From the NCBI GenBank assembly GCA_018062765.1, contig JAGORR010000002.1, positions 1 to 59,869 of the forward strand: 59,869 nucleotides of DNA. The letters run 5' to 3'. Source of the stretch: Minisyncoccota bacterium. Lineage in GTDB: Bacteria > Patescibacteriota > Minisyncoccia > Phycocordibacterales > Phycocordibacteraceae. The notes below the pieces were generated by a model, which was given only the letters and a program-made list of their open reading frames with translations, was not told where the DNA came from and made no database searches. A program made the translations under genes and the position numbers. Below, piece by piece: positions 7,696 to 16,738 of the stretch (position 1 is the first letter of the stretch; each line of letters starts with the position of its first letter).

Positions 7696-10208
7696 CCTTC
7701 AGAAAGGAGTGGTTCCGCTTTTTTATATTTCATCTCGCGCGTCTCCTCTCCTTTCCGGATGGTAACCGTATCGTTGCGGTTTGGGGTATTCGCTTTCAGT
7801 ATGGGCGCCTTCACACCATCGTCGGCAGCACCCGCGGTGACGAGTTTCGCTCGAGTCTTCTCCTCATCCGCACGAATTTTCGACTCATCGATGACCTCGA
7901 TACGAGGGATGGTCTCTGCGATACCCTGTGCGATGCCGGCTTCCATCTGACGGAACCGTGCGAGCCCCTCCTTTCGATACTCAATGAGAGGATCACGCTG
8001 TCCGTAGGCGCGGAGTCCTACTGAGCGCCTTAGGTAATCCATGCTCTCAAGCTGCTCGAGCCAGAAGGTATCGGTCACCTGCAGGATAATGCGGCGCAAT
8101 ACCGCTACGAATGGCTCTGCGCCTATCTTTGCCTTTTTTGCCTCATAGACGGCACGCTCTTCTTCAGTAAGAAGGCTCGTGACGTAGGCCTCTACTTCCT
8201 CCACGCTTCCGGTAACTGCGGTGCGCCGCTTTGCATACACTGACAGGCGTTGCGTGTTGAGGACGTCGTCGTACGCGAGCGTATTCTTTCGAGAATCGAA
8301 GTTGAAGCCTTCGATGCGCTTCTGCGCAGCCTCAAGGCTTCGGCTAATCATGCGGCTTTCAAGAGGCTCATCCTCCTTGAGTCCGAACGTTCCCATGACC
8401 TTCTTCATGGTGTCGGCCGCAAAAACGCGCATGAGACGGTCCTCAAGGGATACGAAGAAACGTGTCTCTCCAGGGTCTCCCTGTCGGCCTGAACGGCCTC
8501 GGAGCTGGTTGTCTATACGGCGCGCCTCATGTCGTTCTGTACCTATGACTGCGAGGCCGCCAATACGCACTATCTCCTCATAGCTTTCAGGCGTCGCGGG
8601 GATGCCACCGAGCTTAATGTCGACGCCGCGGCCCGCGAGGTTCGTGGCAACCGTAACCTGTCCCTTACGCCCCGCCTGCGCAATAATCTCGCCCTCGCGC
8701 TCGTGGTTCTTCGCGTTAAGGACTTCGTGCACAACGCCCTCCTTCTCGAGGAACTGGCTCACCACTTCGTTGTCCTCGATAGAGACCGTACCGATAAGAA
8801 CGGGTTGCCCCTTCTCTTGGAGCGCCTTCACTTCACGCGCGACCGCCATGTATTTTCCGCGTGCGGTCTGGAAGATAAGATCGTCGTGGTCCTTCCGCAA
8901 GACTGGCTTATGAGTCGGTATCGCCACCACCTCGAGTTTGTAGACTGTGTAGAACTCTTCCTCAGAAGAGAGCGCAGTACCAGTCATGCCGGCAAGCTGC
9001 TCGTACATGCGGAAATAGTTTTGAAATGTGACGCTCGCGTATGTGCGCGTCTCCTTCTTTATGGGAACGCGCTCTTTAGCCTCTATCGCCTGATGGAGCC
9101 CCTCCGACCATCGGCGTCCGGGCTGCATGCGGCCGGTGAACTCGTCAACGATGACTATTTCCTCACCCTGTACGACATATTCCTTATTCTTATGGAAAAG
9201 CGCCTTGGCACGCACCGCGGTTTCTAGGTGGTGAGCGTACTTCATCCCACCCTCGGTGTAGAGGTTTTCAATGCCGAGCGCCTTCTCGGCCTTATTGATA
9301 CCGCCTTCCGTTATCTGTACCGCACGCTGCTTCTCGTCGAGTGTATAATCCTCCTCCTCTTTCAGTCTTTCGGCGATAGATGCGAATCGCTCGTAGAGTC
9401 CCTCAGCGTCGGCAGCAGGGCCCGAGATGATAAGCGGCGTACGCGCCTCGTCAATAAGGATTGAGTCAATCTCGTCGACAATCGCGTAGTGATGCCCGCG
9501 CTGCACAAGCTGCGACACCTCGAACGAGGTGTTATCGCGGAGATAATCGAACCCGAGCTCGTTATTAGTGGCATAGGTGATATCCGCGGCGTACGCCTCC
9601 TTCTTTGAAACGGGACGCAGGTAATCCTGGAAGACCTTGAACGAACCGGCTTCGTCACGATCCGCATCCTCTGTAGGCGCCACGTGCGCAGGATCGTATA
9701 TAAAGGAGCCCGAGGAGGTGACCACACCGGTAGAGAGTCCAAGGTACTGGTAAATCTGCCCCATCCAAGCAGTATCGCGACGAGCGAGGAAGTCATTTAC
9801 CGTGACCACGTGGACACCCTTGCCGGCCAAGGCTCGCAGCACTACCGCAAGTGTTGCAACCAGGGTCTTTCCCTCGCCCGTACGCATCTCGGCGATTCTC
9901 CCGCGCGCAAGTGCCAACCCGCCAACGAGTTGAACGTCGTAGTGTCGCTGACCGAGCGTACGTCGCGACGCCTCGCGCACCAGTGCGAACACCTCTGCGA
10001 TATCCGCGTCGCGCTCCGGCATCCCGCCAGTGCGCTCGCGCACCGAGAGTAAGCGCGCGCGAATCGCCTCCTCAGAAAGCGGCGTAAGTTCTGCTTCTAG
10101 ATTCGCAGCAACCTCAAGTACTGGCGCCGCAGACCGGACGAAGCCGGCCGATTGATTCTTGTTGAAAAGCCCGGAGAGGAAGCCCGCCATCGCGACAAAC
10201 GGTACCAT
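7680..10208 (-). CDS. secA: Preprotein translocase ATPase SecA
   Basis: 842 aa. It carries a Walker A-type motif MRTGEGKTLVA, a DEAD-like motif VDEIDSILIDEARTPLIISG, and TNLAGRGVDIKLGG. Confidence 0.97.
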   Translation of the reverse strand: MVPFVAMAGFLSGLFNKNQSAGFVRSAAPVLEVAANLEAELTPLSEEAIRARLLSVRERTGGMPERDADIAEVFALVREASRRTLGQRHYDVQLVGGLALARGRIAEMRTGEGKTLVATLAVVLRALAGKGVHVVTVNDFLARRDTAWMGQIYQYLGLSTGVVTSSGSFIYDPAHVAPTEDADRDEAGSFKVFQDYLRPVSKKEAYAADITYATNNELGFDYLRDNTSFEVSQLVQRGHHYAIVDEIDSILIDEARTPLIISGPAADAEGLYERFASIAERLKEEEDYTLDEKQRAVQITEGGINKAEKALGIENLYTEGGMKYAHHLETAVRAKALFHKNKEYVVQGEEIVIVDEFTGRMQPGRRWSEGLHQAIEAKERVPIKKETRTYASVTFQNYFRMYEQLAGMTGTALSSEEEFYTVYKLEVVAIPTHKPVLRKDHDDLIFQTARGKYMAVAREVKALQEKGQPVLIGTVSIEDNEVVSQFLEKEGVVHEVLNAKNHEREGEIIAQAGRKGQVTVATNLAGRGVDIKLGGIPATPESYEEIVRIGGLAVIGTERHEARRIDNQLRGRSGRQGDPGETRFFVSLEDRLMRVFAADTMKKVMGTFGLKEDEPLESRMISRSLEAAQKRIEGFNFDSRKNTLAYDDVLNTQRLSVYAKRRTAVTGSVEEVEAYVTSLLTEEERAVYEAKKAKIGAEPFVAVLRRIILQVTDTFWLEQLESMDYLRRSVGLRAYGQRDPLIEYRKEGLARFRQMEAGIAQGIAETIPRIEVIDESKIRADEEKTRAKLVTAGAADDGVKAPILKANTPNRNDTVTIRKGEETREMKYKKAEPLLSEGWELV

Positions 10209-10251
10209 TTTGCTGGTCTTCTGGCTACATTGGCTGATTCCATACGATAAA

Positions 10252-10281
10252 CGAAAAGACCTCCGGAGGGAGGTCTTTTCG
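10252..10281 (-). terminator. Intrinsic-terminator-like hairpin between a micro-ORF and secA
   Basis: CGAAAAGACCTCC-ggag-GGAGGTCTTTTCG, a 13-bp stem. On the minus-strand RNA it is followed by UUUAUCGUAU. It lies 11 nt after the micro-ORF stop and 43 nt before the secA ATG. Confidence 0.6.
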
Positions 10282-10292
10282 TTAAAGCGGGC

Positions 10293-10361
10293 TTACGCGC
10301 GCTTCTTCTTCGAGGTCTTCTTGGCCTTCGACTTCTTTGCGGCCTTCTTCTTTTTTGCCAT
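10293..10361 (-). CDS. 22-codon lysine-rich micro-ORF (MAKKKKAAKKSKAKKTSKKKRA)
   Basis: Hand-translated ATG..TAA on the minus strand. It is too short for the ORF track. An AT-rich intergenic stretch lies upstream and a strong hairpin lies downstream. Coding status is unproven. Confidence 0.3.
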   Translation of the reverse strand: MAKKKKAAKKSKAKKTSKKKRA

Positions 10362-10593
10362 GGTATCGATATCGTTGTGGTGGCTAATATCTTCGACCCA
10401 TCCGTGCGAGAAATTTGTAAAAATGTTTCGCTCGAATGTTCTATGCGTTATTATCGCGCGCAATTAATTTTTTTGTACGAAAAAACATTCGCATGTGGAT
10501 AACTTTAAATTTCATTGCTCTCATCGAAAAGTTTTTTGGAAAAATTTTCGATTCCTCTCGTGCGTAAGGAGTATTAGGCAGCGAGAGTGAACG

Positions 10594-11604
10594 CTAGACG
10601 AGTGCACGGACTTCGCGTTCGATATCGATGTTGACCGCTTCCTTGACGCGCGCAGCGACCTCTTCTGCAAGCTCATTAACCTCTCGCGCGGTAGCGCCCT
10701 GCGAAGTTGCGATGACCAAGGGCTGCGCCTCATAGAGACGCGCACCACCTACGGAAAGACCCTTCAAGCCAAGCACGTTGTCGAGTATCCAAGCTAGCGA
10801 AAGCTTGACTCCACTCTTCCCCGGGAATCCTGGGAGCCCCTGATGCTTCGCGGCGAGTGTCCCGTACGTTTCTTCGGAGACGACCGGGTTCTTAAAAAAC
10901 GAGCCGGCAGTTCCCTCTACACGCAGGTCCGGAAATTTCTTTGCGCGTATGGCGCGCACCGCATTCCCAATCTCCGCAGGAGTCGCAAGCGGGACGCCGT
11001 CATGAAGCACCTTTTGAAGATCCTTATATGAAAGCTTCGCGGCGCCGTCGCGGCGCAAACGAAACGCGACGCGCAAGATGATCAGTCCCGGGTTCCTCTT
11101 AAAGCGACTGTCCCGATACCCGAGCTCGCACGCGTCTCTCTCAAGCCGCACGACTTCTCCAGTATCGGGATCAAGCGCGTCCACCCAGAGGAGGGTGTCT
11201 GCGATTTCTGTGCCGTAGGCGCCGATGTTCTGTACGGGCGCAGCGCCTACTGAGCCAGGGATTCCAGCCAGGTTCTCAAGGCCCCATACATGGCGCGAAG
11301 CAGCCTCGCGCACGAAGTCGTCCCAGGGGACGCCTGCCTCAGCGATAGCGAGTACTCCCTCCTCGTCGTCATCAAAAGACATTCGCGGAAGCTGCATGAC
11401 GATTACCATGCCCGAGTAACCGGCGTCAGGTGCAAGTACGTTAGAGCCTCCGCCAAGCACATACCAGGACAATCCTTCAGCAGATGCTGTCTTAAGCGCT
11501 TCGCGCACCTCGCTCTCATCCTTCACGTACACCACGCGCGAGGCAGGCCCACCGATACGGAGCGTAGTGAGCGAAGCGAGCGGAACCTGAGCGTGCTCGA
11601 TCAT
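10594..11604 (-). CDS. murB: UDP-N-acetylenolpyruvoylglucosamine reductase
   Basis: 336 aa. It has LTTLRIGGPA, an FAD-binding region YVLGGGSNVL, and GAPVQNIGAYG. Confidence 0.93.
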   Translation of the reverse strand: MIEHAQVPLASLTTLRIGGPASRVVYVKDESEVREALKTASAEGLSWYVLGGGSNVLAPDAGYSGMVIVMQLPRMSFDDDEEGVLAIAEAGVPWDDFVREAASRHVWGLENLAGIPGSVGAAPVQNIGAYGTEIADTLLWVDALDPDTGEVVRLERDACELGYRDSRFKRNPGLIILRVAFRLRRDGAAKLSYKDLQKVLHDGVPLATPAEIGNAVRAIRAKKFPDLRVEGTAGSFFKNPVVSEETYGTLAAKHQGLPGFPGKSGVKLSLAWILDNVLGLKGLSVGGARLYEAQPLVIATSQGATAREVNELAEEVAARVKEAVNIDIEREVRALV

Positions 11605-13766
11605 GGCTTGTTTATTTCAGCGAGCACCTGCACACCAAGCGGTGCGGTCTCAGGATATGTCTTCATTGCTGCCTCTGCGGTAGCGCGCGCATCGTTCCTG
11701 TTTCCTGCCGCCTTGTACGCGAGCGCGAGCTGATACTGCTCGTTCGCTCCTCCCTCCTTCGCGCGCATCTGCCAAATACGCACCACATCCATGTGTAGTC
11801 CCTCAGTAGCAAACGCATAGAGGAGGATGGCGCGGTCGATATCCTTCGTGCCAAAGGCTTCGGCAAGGATGCTATCCGCTTCCGCACGATTCCCAGTGAT
11901 GATATGCCCTGCCGCAACGTACGCAGCAATCTCCTCAAAGCGAGTATCGATTCCGTACGCTTGTTCGAAGTAGTTGAGCGCTCGTGCCTTCTCACCTCGT
12001 TCCCACTCGAGAACGCCTGCCTGTAGGTACGTCGCCTGTTTCTTCGGCGAGAGTGCGATCGCGGTCTCCATCTCTCGCATCGCGCTTGCGTAGTCCCCCG
12101 CCGCCCGGTATGCGCTCGCGAACTGTATGCGAAGCCGTGCATCCGCAGGCTGGCGGAGAATGGCCTTCTCCATAAGCTCCACCGAGAGCGCTCCCGCCTC
12201 CTGCTTTATACCGGCAGGAACACCAGGCGATGCTACGACCATGCCCGCGTATGCGACCGCCTGTTCTGCTATCTCTTGCGAACCAAAGCCGCCTATACTG
12301 TCGGCCTCGCGCACGAGAGCAACCCCGCGCAGCACGTCCTGCGATGAGATACCTGCCACTAACCTTCCGGCCGCAAGTATCGATGGTACGTTTACCCACC
12401 ACATGAGGACGAGTGTCGTGACGAGGACGACCGGGGTGGCAATGGTGGTAAGTCCTGGCTCTGCGAGCTTTGGGAGTGCGTCTATTTTCGCGACCGGCTT
12501 CCCCGCCTTGGCGTGGAGATACGCAAGTACGGCTGCAAGTGGCACGTAGCTCCACAGGTTATCAAATATAAAGAGTGCATTTACAGCATACGCAGCGATG
12601 ATGCTCGCGAACATCACCCGCTCAGGCACGGTGAATGACCTGCTCCGGTAGAGGTACCACGCACTTGCGCCAAGAATACCGAGGAAGAGGAAGAGCGCCG
12701 GGAAACCGCCCGCTACGAGCCAATCGATGTATATATTATGTGCGCGGTCGAACCAAGGCTCCTGATAGTAAAGCTTAGGCTCGTACCATCGGTTAAATAC
12801 GTGATTGAATCCTTCTTGTCCCCAGCCGAGCACGGGACGCTCCTTCACCCCCTCCCACGCGACGCCCCATATGGTGAACCGAGTCGCTCCATCAGCCAAA
12901 GACAGCGAAGCGAGGCGTGCGAGAGTCGGGTCACTGCGTACTAACTCCGTATCCCGGAGCGCAATAAAACCACCTATTAGAAGGATAACGAGCGCGAGCG
13001 CTATAAGTGTGTAGCGCCGCGCCGTGCCGCGTAGCGCGATGACGCCGAGAACCACCCCAAACGATGCGGCAGCCACCAGCGCAAGCAGCGCGCTACGAGT
13101 TGCCGTGTAAAAAAGTACGACGGCAGATAACGCAGCGAGTGTTGCGAGCGCGTAACGGAGGAACCCACGCGACTCTATCGCCTGCAAGAGTGCAATTCCT
13201 ATCGCAAAAAGCATGTACCCCGCAAGGTACGCGGCGTTCCCAAGGGTCCCGTCGACACGCACGCCTCCTTGATTAATGACGAATGCTGGGCCCCCGCCAA
13301 GCGTGCACCCATCAGGGGCGCATGCGACCTGCATCAGGGAATACAAAGTCACGAGGCCGGATGCCGCAAGGAAGGTGAGCCACCAGCGCCTCCAGAGCCC
13401 GTCTGCAGCAAGGACCGTAGCCGCGACTACGAAAAAGGCAAAAACATGGATGAGGGTGACGAAACCATCCATGCGTTCGTAATTGGACCAGACCGCTTTC
13501 ATTGGATTCTCTCCGAACAAGTCCGCTATGAATAGCCAAGCAGCAAACGCCGCGTACGAAGCGAGTATCCACGAGAACCGCGGACGATACCGTGCGTCCG
13601 CGAATGCAAGAAGGACATAGCCTGCGAGAGCCGCTTCGACAAGAATGCGAAACAGGAAACCCTTGCCGGTAATGAACGGGAAAAACAGACTGTTCGCCAC
13701 ATAGAGAGGGATAAACGGGATCAAAAACAGCGCCCCGAGAGTGATATAGCGTGCGATGTCTTTCAC
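11601..13766 (-). CDS. Polytopic O-antigen ligase/polymerase-like (Wzy_C-type) membrane protein with C-terminal TPR repeats
   Basis: 721 aa with a GTG start. There are more than 10 hydrophobic helices and a Wzy_C-like motif (WFDRAHNIYIDWLVAGGFPALFLFLGILG). The C-terminal ~250 aa has TPR-like Ala/Tyr periodicity (YASAMREMETAIALSPKKQATYLQAG..ALNYFEQAYGID). Confidence 0.75.
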   Translation of the reverse strand: MKDIARYITLGALFLIPFIPLYVANSLFFPFITGKGFLFRILVEAALAGYVLLAFADARYRPRFSWILASYAAFAAWLFIADLFGENPMKAVWSNYERMDGFVTLIHVFAFFVVAATVLAADGLWRRWWLTFLAASGLVTLYSLMQVACAPDGCTLGGGPAFVINQGGVRVDGTLGNAAYLAGYMLFAIGIALLQAIESRGFLRYALATLAALSAVVLFYTATRSALLALVAAASFGVVLGVIALRGTARRYTLIALALVILLIGGFIALRDTELVRSDPTLARLASLSLADGATRFTIWGVAWEGVKERPVLGWGQEGFNHVFNRWYEPKLYYQEPWFDRAHNIYIDWLVAGGFPALFLFLGILGASAWYLYRSRSFTVPERVMFASIIAAYAVNALFIFDNLWSYVPLAAVLAYLHAKAGKPVAKIDALPKLAEPGLTTIATPVVLVTTLVLMWWVNVPSILAAGRLVAGISSQDVLRGVALVREADSIGGFGSQEIAEQAVAYAGMVVASPGVPAGIKQEAGALSVELMEKAILRQPADARLRIQFASAYRAAGDYASAMREMETAIALSPKKQATYLQAGVLEWERGEKARALNYFEQAYGIDTRFEEIAAYVAAGHIITGNRAEADSILAEAFGTKDIDRAILLYAFATEGLHMDVVRIWQMRAKEGGANEQYQLALAYKAAGNRNDARATAEAAMKTYPETAPLGVQVLAEINKP

Positions 13767-13774
13767 GATAGGAA

Positions 13775-14494
13775 TCAGTATACCGGCTCCGCCCTTTCCG
13801 TCTTCCGGGCGGTCACGAGGACGCGATGGTAGCAGAGCCCCAGATTACGCTGCTCTTTCTGCGCCAAAAGGCCGTGTTTCGCCAAAAGAGTGACCATCTC
13901 GGGAGCAGAGTACATAGAGAACCCATTCGCCTTCCGGATTCCGCGGTAATCGGAAAAGAGAGTCGAAAAGAGTCCTCCCACGGCCGCAAAGAAAAAGCCG
14001 TGACGCATACCGGCCAGAAGCAGGTCAGAAGCATCGCCCCACATCGAGAGGTCCGGAGGTACGAGGTCTCCGAGGATGAGTACCCCATCTGACGCTAAAA
14101 GCGTACGCAGTTTCGGTAGAACGGCTTCGAAGTCAGGCTTCGAAAGATACTGCAACACCGAATGTATGAGAATGACGTCGACGGAACCAGGTTTGAGACT
14201 TTCATACTCAGCATCATCGAGCACGGTGATGGATTCCCTACCCTCGTACCGTGCTTTCGCGCGTTCATAGGCACGACGTACCGGATCATACAGAAGAACA
14301 GATACCCCGGTTTCTGAAAGTGTGGGCGCCAGAAGGGCTTCCCCGCACCCCCAGTCAAGGAGCGTAAGCGGACGTTTTTGCGGTAGATGCTCCGCTACAT
14401 CATGTGCAAGCGCGGCGTAGTGCGCGCGCGTATGCGCGTCCGACACGTAGATGCGGTGCTCGCGATTCCAGAATTCTTTCCAACCTATGCTCAT
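13775..14494 (-). CDS. Class I SAM-dependent methyltransferase
   Basis: 239 aa with motif I (LLDWGCGEA) and a later VILIHSVLQYL...DGVLILGD segment. Confidence 0.8.
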   Translation of the reverse strand: MSIGWKEFWNREHRIYVSDAHTRAHYAALAHDVAEHLPQKRPLTLLDWGCGEALLAPTLSETGVSVLLYDPVRRAYERAKARYEGRESITVLDDAEYESLKPGSVDVILIHSVLQYLSKPDFEAVLPKLRTLLASDGVLILGDLVPPDLSMWGDASDLLLAGMRHGFFFAAVGGLFSTLFSDYRGIRKANGFSMYSAPEMVTLLAKHGLLAQKEQRNLGLCYHRVLVTARKTERAEPVY

Positions 14495-15768
14495 ACGGTT
14501 GTTCGTTCTGAAAAAAGGAACCGATACACGAAGAAGTTCCAGAGCGCGATAAGCGCAAGCAGCAGGAATTGTGCCGTCATGTACCAGAGACCCGCGTATT
14601 CCACGAGGACATAGAGACCGACCGCGTCGAACGCGACCCCGAGCGCATTATTCGCAACAAATACCGCGATTTCAGATCGCGTGCGCTCTAGGGAATGGTG
14701 CGAGAAGGCCCAGAACTTCTGCAAGATAAAACCCACCACCGTCGCAAGCGTGTACGCGATGACCATGGACGCGAGATACCAGAGGCCTGCAACGTCCGTA
14801 AGTACGTAAAGCAGGCCGAGATTGGTTCCGGTTGCGATGGTGCCGGCAATAAGGAACTTCATCACAGAACCGAGTCCGCGCACGGAACTAGAAAACGTCC
14901 CATCCGCAAACGTAGATACGAGCCGAGCGAAACCCGGATCCTTCGCAAGCAAGAGTTCGCGGCTTCGCCACCGAGATGTATGCCAGGCGCGGTCCCCCTC
15001 CCACTGAGCGACTTCTTCCTCATGCGCGACGCCAGGATGGAGCCCTATCTCAAGCGAAAGGACGCGCGGGCTGTGGGAGCGAGCGAGCGCTCGCGAAACC
15101 GACGCAAGCGTCTGTTCACCAGAGAGAAGCGAACCGAGGAAATAGCCAGTGGTCGGAAGCCGCCGTGGCGAGAGCAAAGAAAGCATATTGAGTCCGACAT
15201 GACGCACGCCACGCATACCGACGTATGCGAGCAAACCCGATTCAGGAATAAAGAACGGCTCGCGTGGTATGCGTACGCGCGAAAACGGATTCCGCGCGTG
15301 GAGCGTCTCTATAACGCGCATCACCGCAGGAATCATCTGAATGTGCTGGTGGCCATCTATGGAAACAGGTACGCTCCCGACTCTTTCGCGTACAAACGCA
15401 AGCTGCGCCATAGACTCAATCAAAAGCTCCTCCCGGAACGCTCTATTTTTCCAGGGGAGGTACGAACGTAACAGCAGGCCGAGCGCAGAGTAACGAAACG
15501 TACCGTCCGCATGCGCGATGATGCGTAAGAGCCCCGGAGGAGACATCACCTTCCCTTCGGTCAGATTAAGATGTAAGGAGAGCGCAAGCCTCTCGCGCCG
15601 CGTGAGCCACTCGGAAAGAGCATAGTCGGCCGCGTATCCGTTTGCGATAACGCTTACCTGATTAACCAGTCCATGATCTACCGCGTCAAGGATAGAATCT
15701 GTGGCGCACTTAGTGAGTCCAAAGTCATCAGCGGTGACGAAGACAGTGCGATGCATATTAGCGTGCAC
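14491..15768 (-). CDS. Fusion protein: N-terminal YdjC/ChbG/HpnK-type carbohydrate deacetylase domain plus C-terminal GtrA-like membrane domain
   Basis: 425 aa. The N-terminus (VFVTADDFGLTKCATDSILDAVDHGLVNQVSVIANG) is typical of the YdjC family. The C-terminal ~125 aa (KFLIAGTIATGTNLGLLYVLTDVAGLWYLASMVIAYTLATVVGFILQKFWAFS) is typical of GtrA. Confidence 0.8.
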   Translation of the reverse strand: MHANMHRTVFVTADDFGLTKCATDSILDAVDHGLVNQVSVIANGYAADYALSEWLTRRERLALSLHLNLTEGKVMSPPGLLRIIAHADGTFRYSALGLLLRSYLPWKNRAFREELLIESMAQLAFVRERVGSVPVSIDGHQHIQMIPAVMRVIETLHARNPFSRVRIPREPFFIPESGLLAYVGMRGVRHVGLNMLSLLSPRRLPTTGYFLGSLLSGEQTLASVSRALARSHSPRVLSLEIGLHPGVAHEEEVAQWEGDRAWHTSRWRSRELLLAKDPGFARLVSTFADGTFSSSVRGLGSVMKFLIAGTIATGTNLGLLYVLTDVAGLWYLASMVIAYTLATVVGFILQKFWAFSHHSLERTRSEIAVFVANNALGVAFDAVGLYVLVEYAGLWYMTAQFLLLALIALWNFFVYRFLFSERTTV

Positions 15769-16693
15769 GGTCCTTGCGGACGACGTAAAGCGGACGATTC
15801 ACAGTCTCCGCATGTATGCGCGCGACATAGAGCGACACGAGCCCCAGACAGATAAGGACGATACCGTTAAGAAAAAGAATCATCACGGCACTCATGCCGA
15901 TAGGTGATATATCCATGCCGAGTGGATCACCAAGCATGAATTGTTCGATAATAATGAAAAGTCCGAGTCCGCCGGAGAAGAGTGTTATGGGGATGCCTAG
16001 GTATCCGGCAACACGAAGCGGCAGAAGGCTGTGGGACAGAAATGCAGAGATACCGAGCGCTACGAGCTTCCTGAAACCGTACTGTGCCGTCCCCGAATGC
16101 CGCTTTCCGGCATCGAACGGAACATAGGCACGTCGGTACCCAAGCCAGTCGATGAGGCCGCGCGTAATGCGCCCGCGTTCAGTAAACCGATTGAATTCGT
16201 CGGCCACCACACGGTCGATGACGCGGAAATCGGTTGCTCCCGATACCGAAGGCACGTCACTGATGTTGCGCATCACGATGGAAAAAGCCCTCGAGGCGAA
16301 TCGCCGTACAATACCCTCATCGGGATTACGCTGGCGCACTCCGACGACAACATCTGCCCCAGCCTTCCACTCGGCAAGAAGCTTAGGCAGGAGCTCTGGC
16401 GGATGCTGGAGATCGGCGTCCATAAGCGCGACCGCGTCGCCCTTGCTTGCGGCAATGCCAGCTGAAAGCGCGGCCTCCTTACCGAAATTACGTGTGAGCG
16501 CGACCAACCGAACATGCTCATCCTCGGCCGCGAGCGAGGCAAGCTCTACGCTAGAGGCATCGGTGCTGCCATCATCGACAAATACGAGCTCATAGCGCTT
16601 CCCCGCGAGCGCGCGCGAGACCGCAAGCGCTACCGCACGTACATTCCCTGCCTCGTTATATACCGGCACGACGACGCTGATGAGCTTTTCCAT
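15758..16693 (-). CDS. Family 2 glycosyltransferase, polyprenyl-phosphate sugar synthase type (GtrB/ArnC/DPM1-like)
   Basis: 311 aa. It has ISVVVPVYNEAGNV, FVDDGSTD and MDADLQHPPE (DxD region), plus two C-terminal TM helices as in GtrB/ArnC. Confidence 0.9.
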   Translation of the reverse strand: MEKLISVVVPVYNEAGNVRAVALAVSRALAGKRYELVFVDDGSTDASSVELASLAAEDEHVRLVALTRNFGKEAALSAGIAASKGDAVALMDADLQHPPELLPKLLAEWKAGADVVVGVRQRNPDEGIVRRFASRAFSIVMRNISDVPSVSGATDFRVIDRVVADEFNRFTERGRITRGLIDWLGYRRAYVPFDAGKRHSGTAQYGFRKLVALGISAFLSHSLLPLRVAGYLGIPITLFSGGLGLFIIIEQFMLGDPLGMDISPIGMSAVMILFLNGIVLICLGLVSLYVARIHAETVNRPLYVVRKDRAR

Positions 16694-16738
16694 GGCGTTA
16701 TACGGACACTATACCTTTCATGCGCTTGAGGGAAGCGG

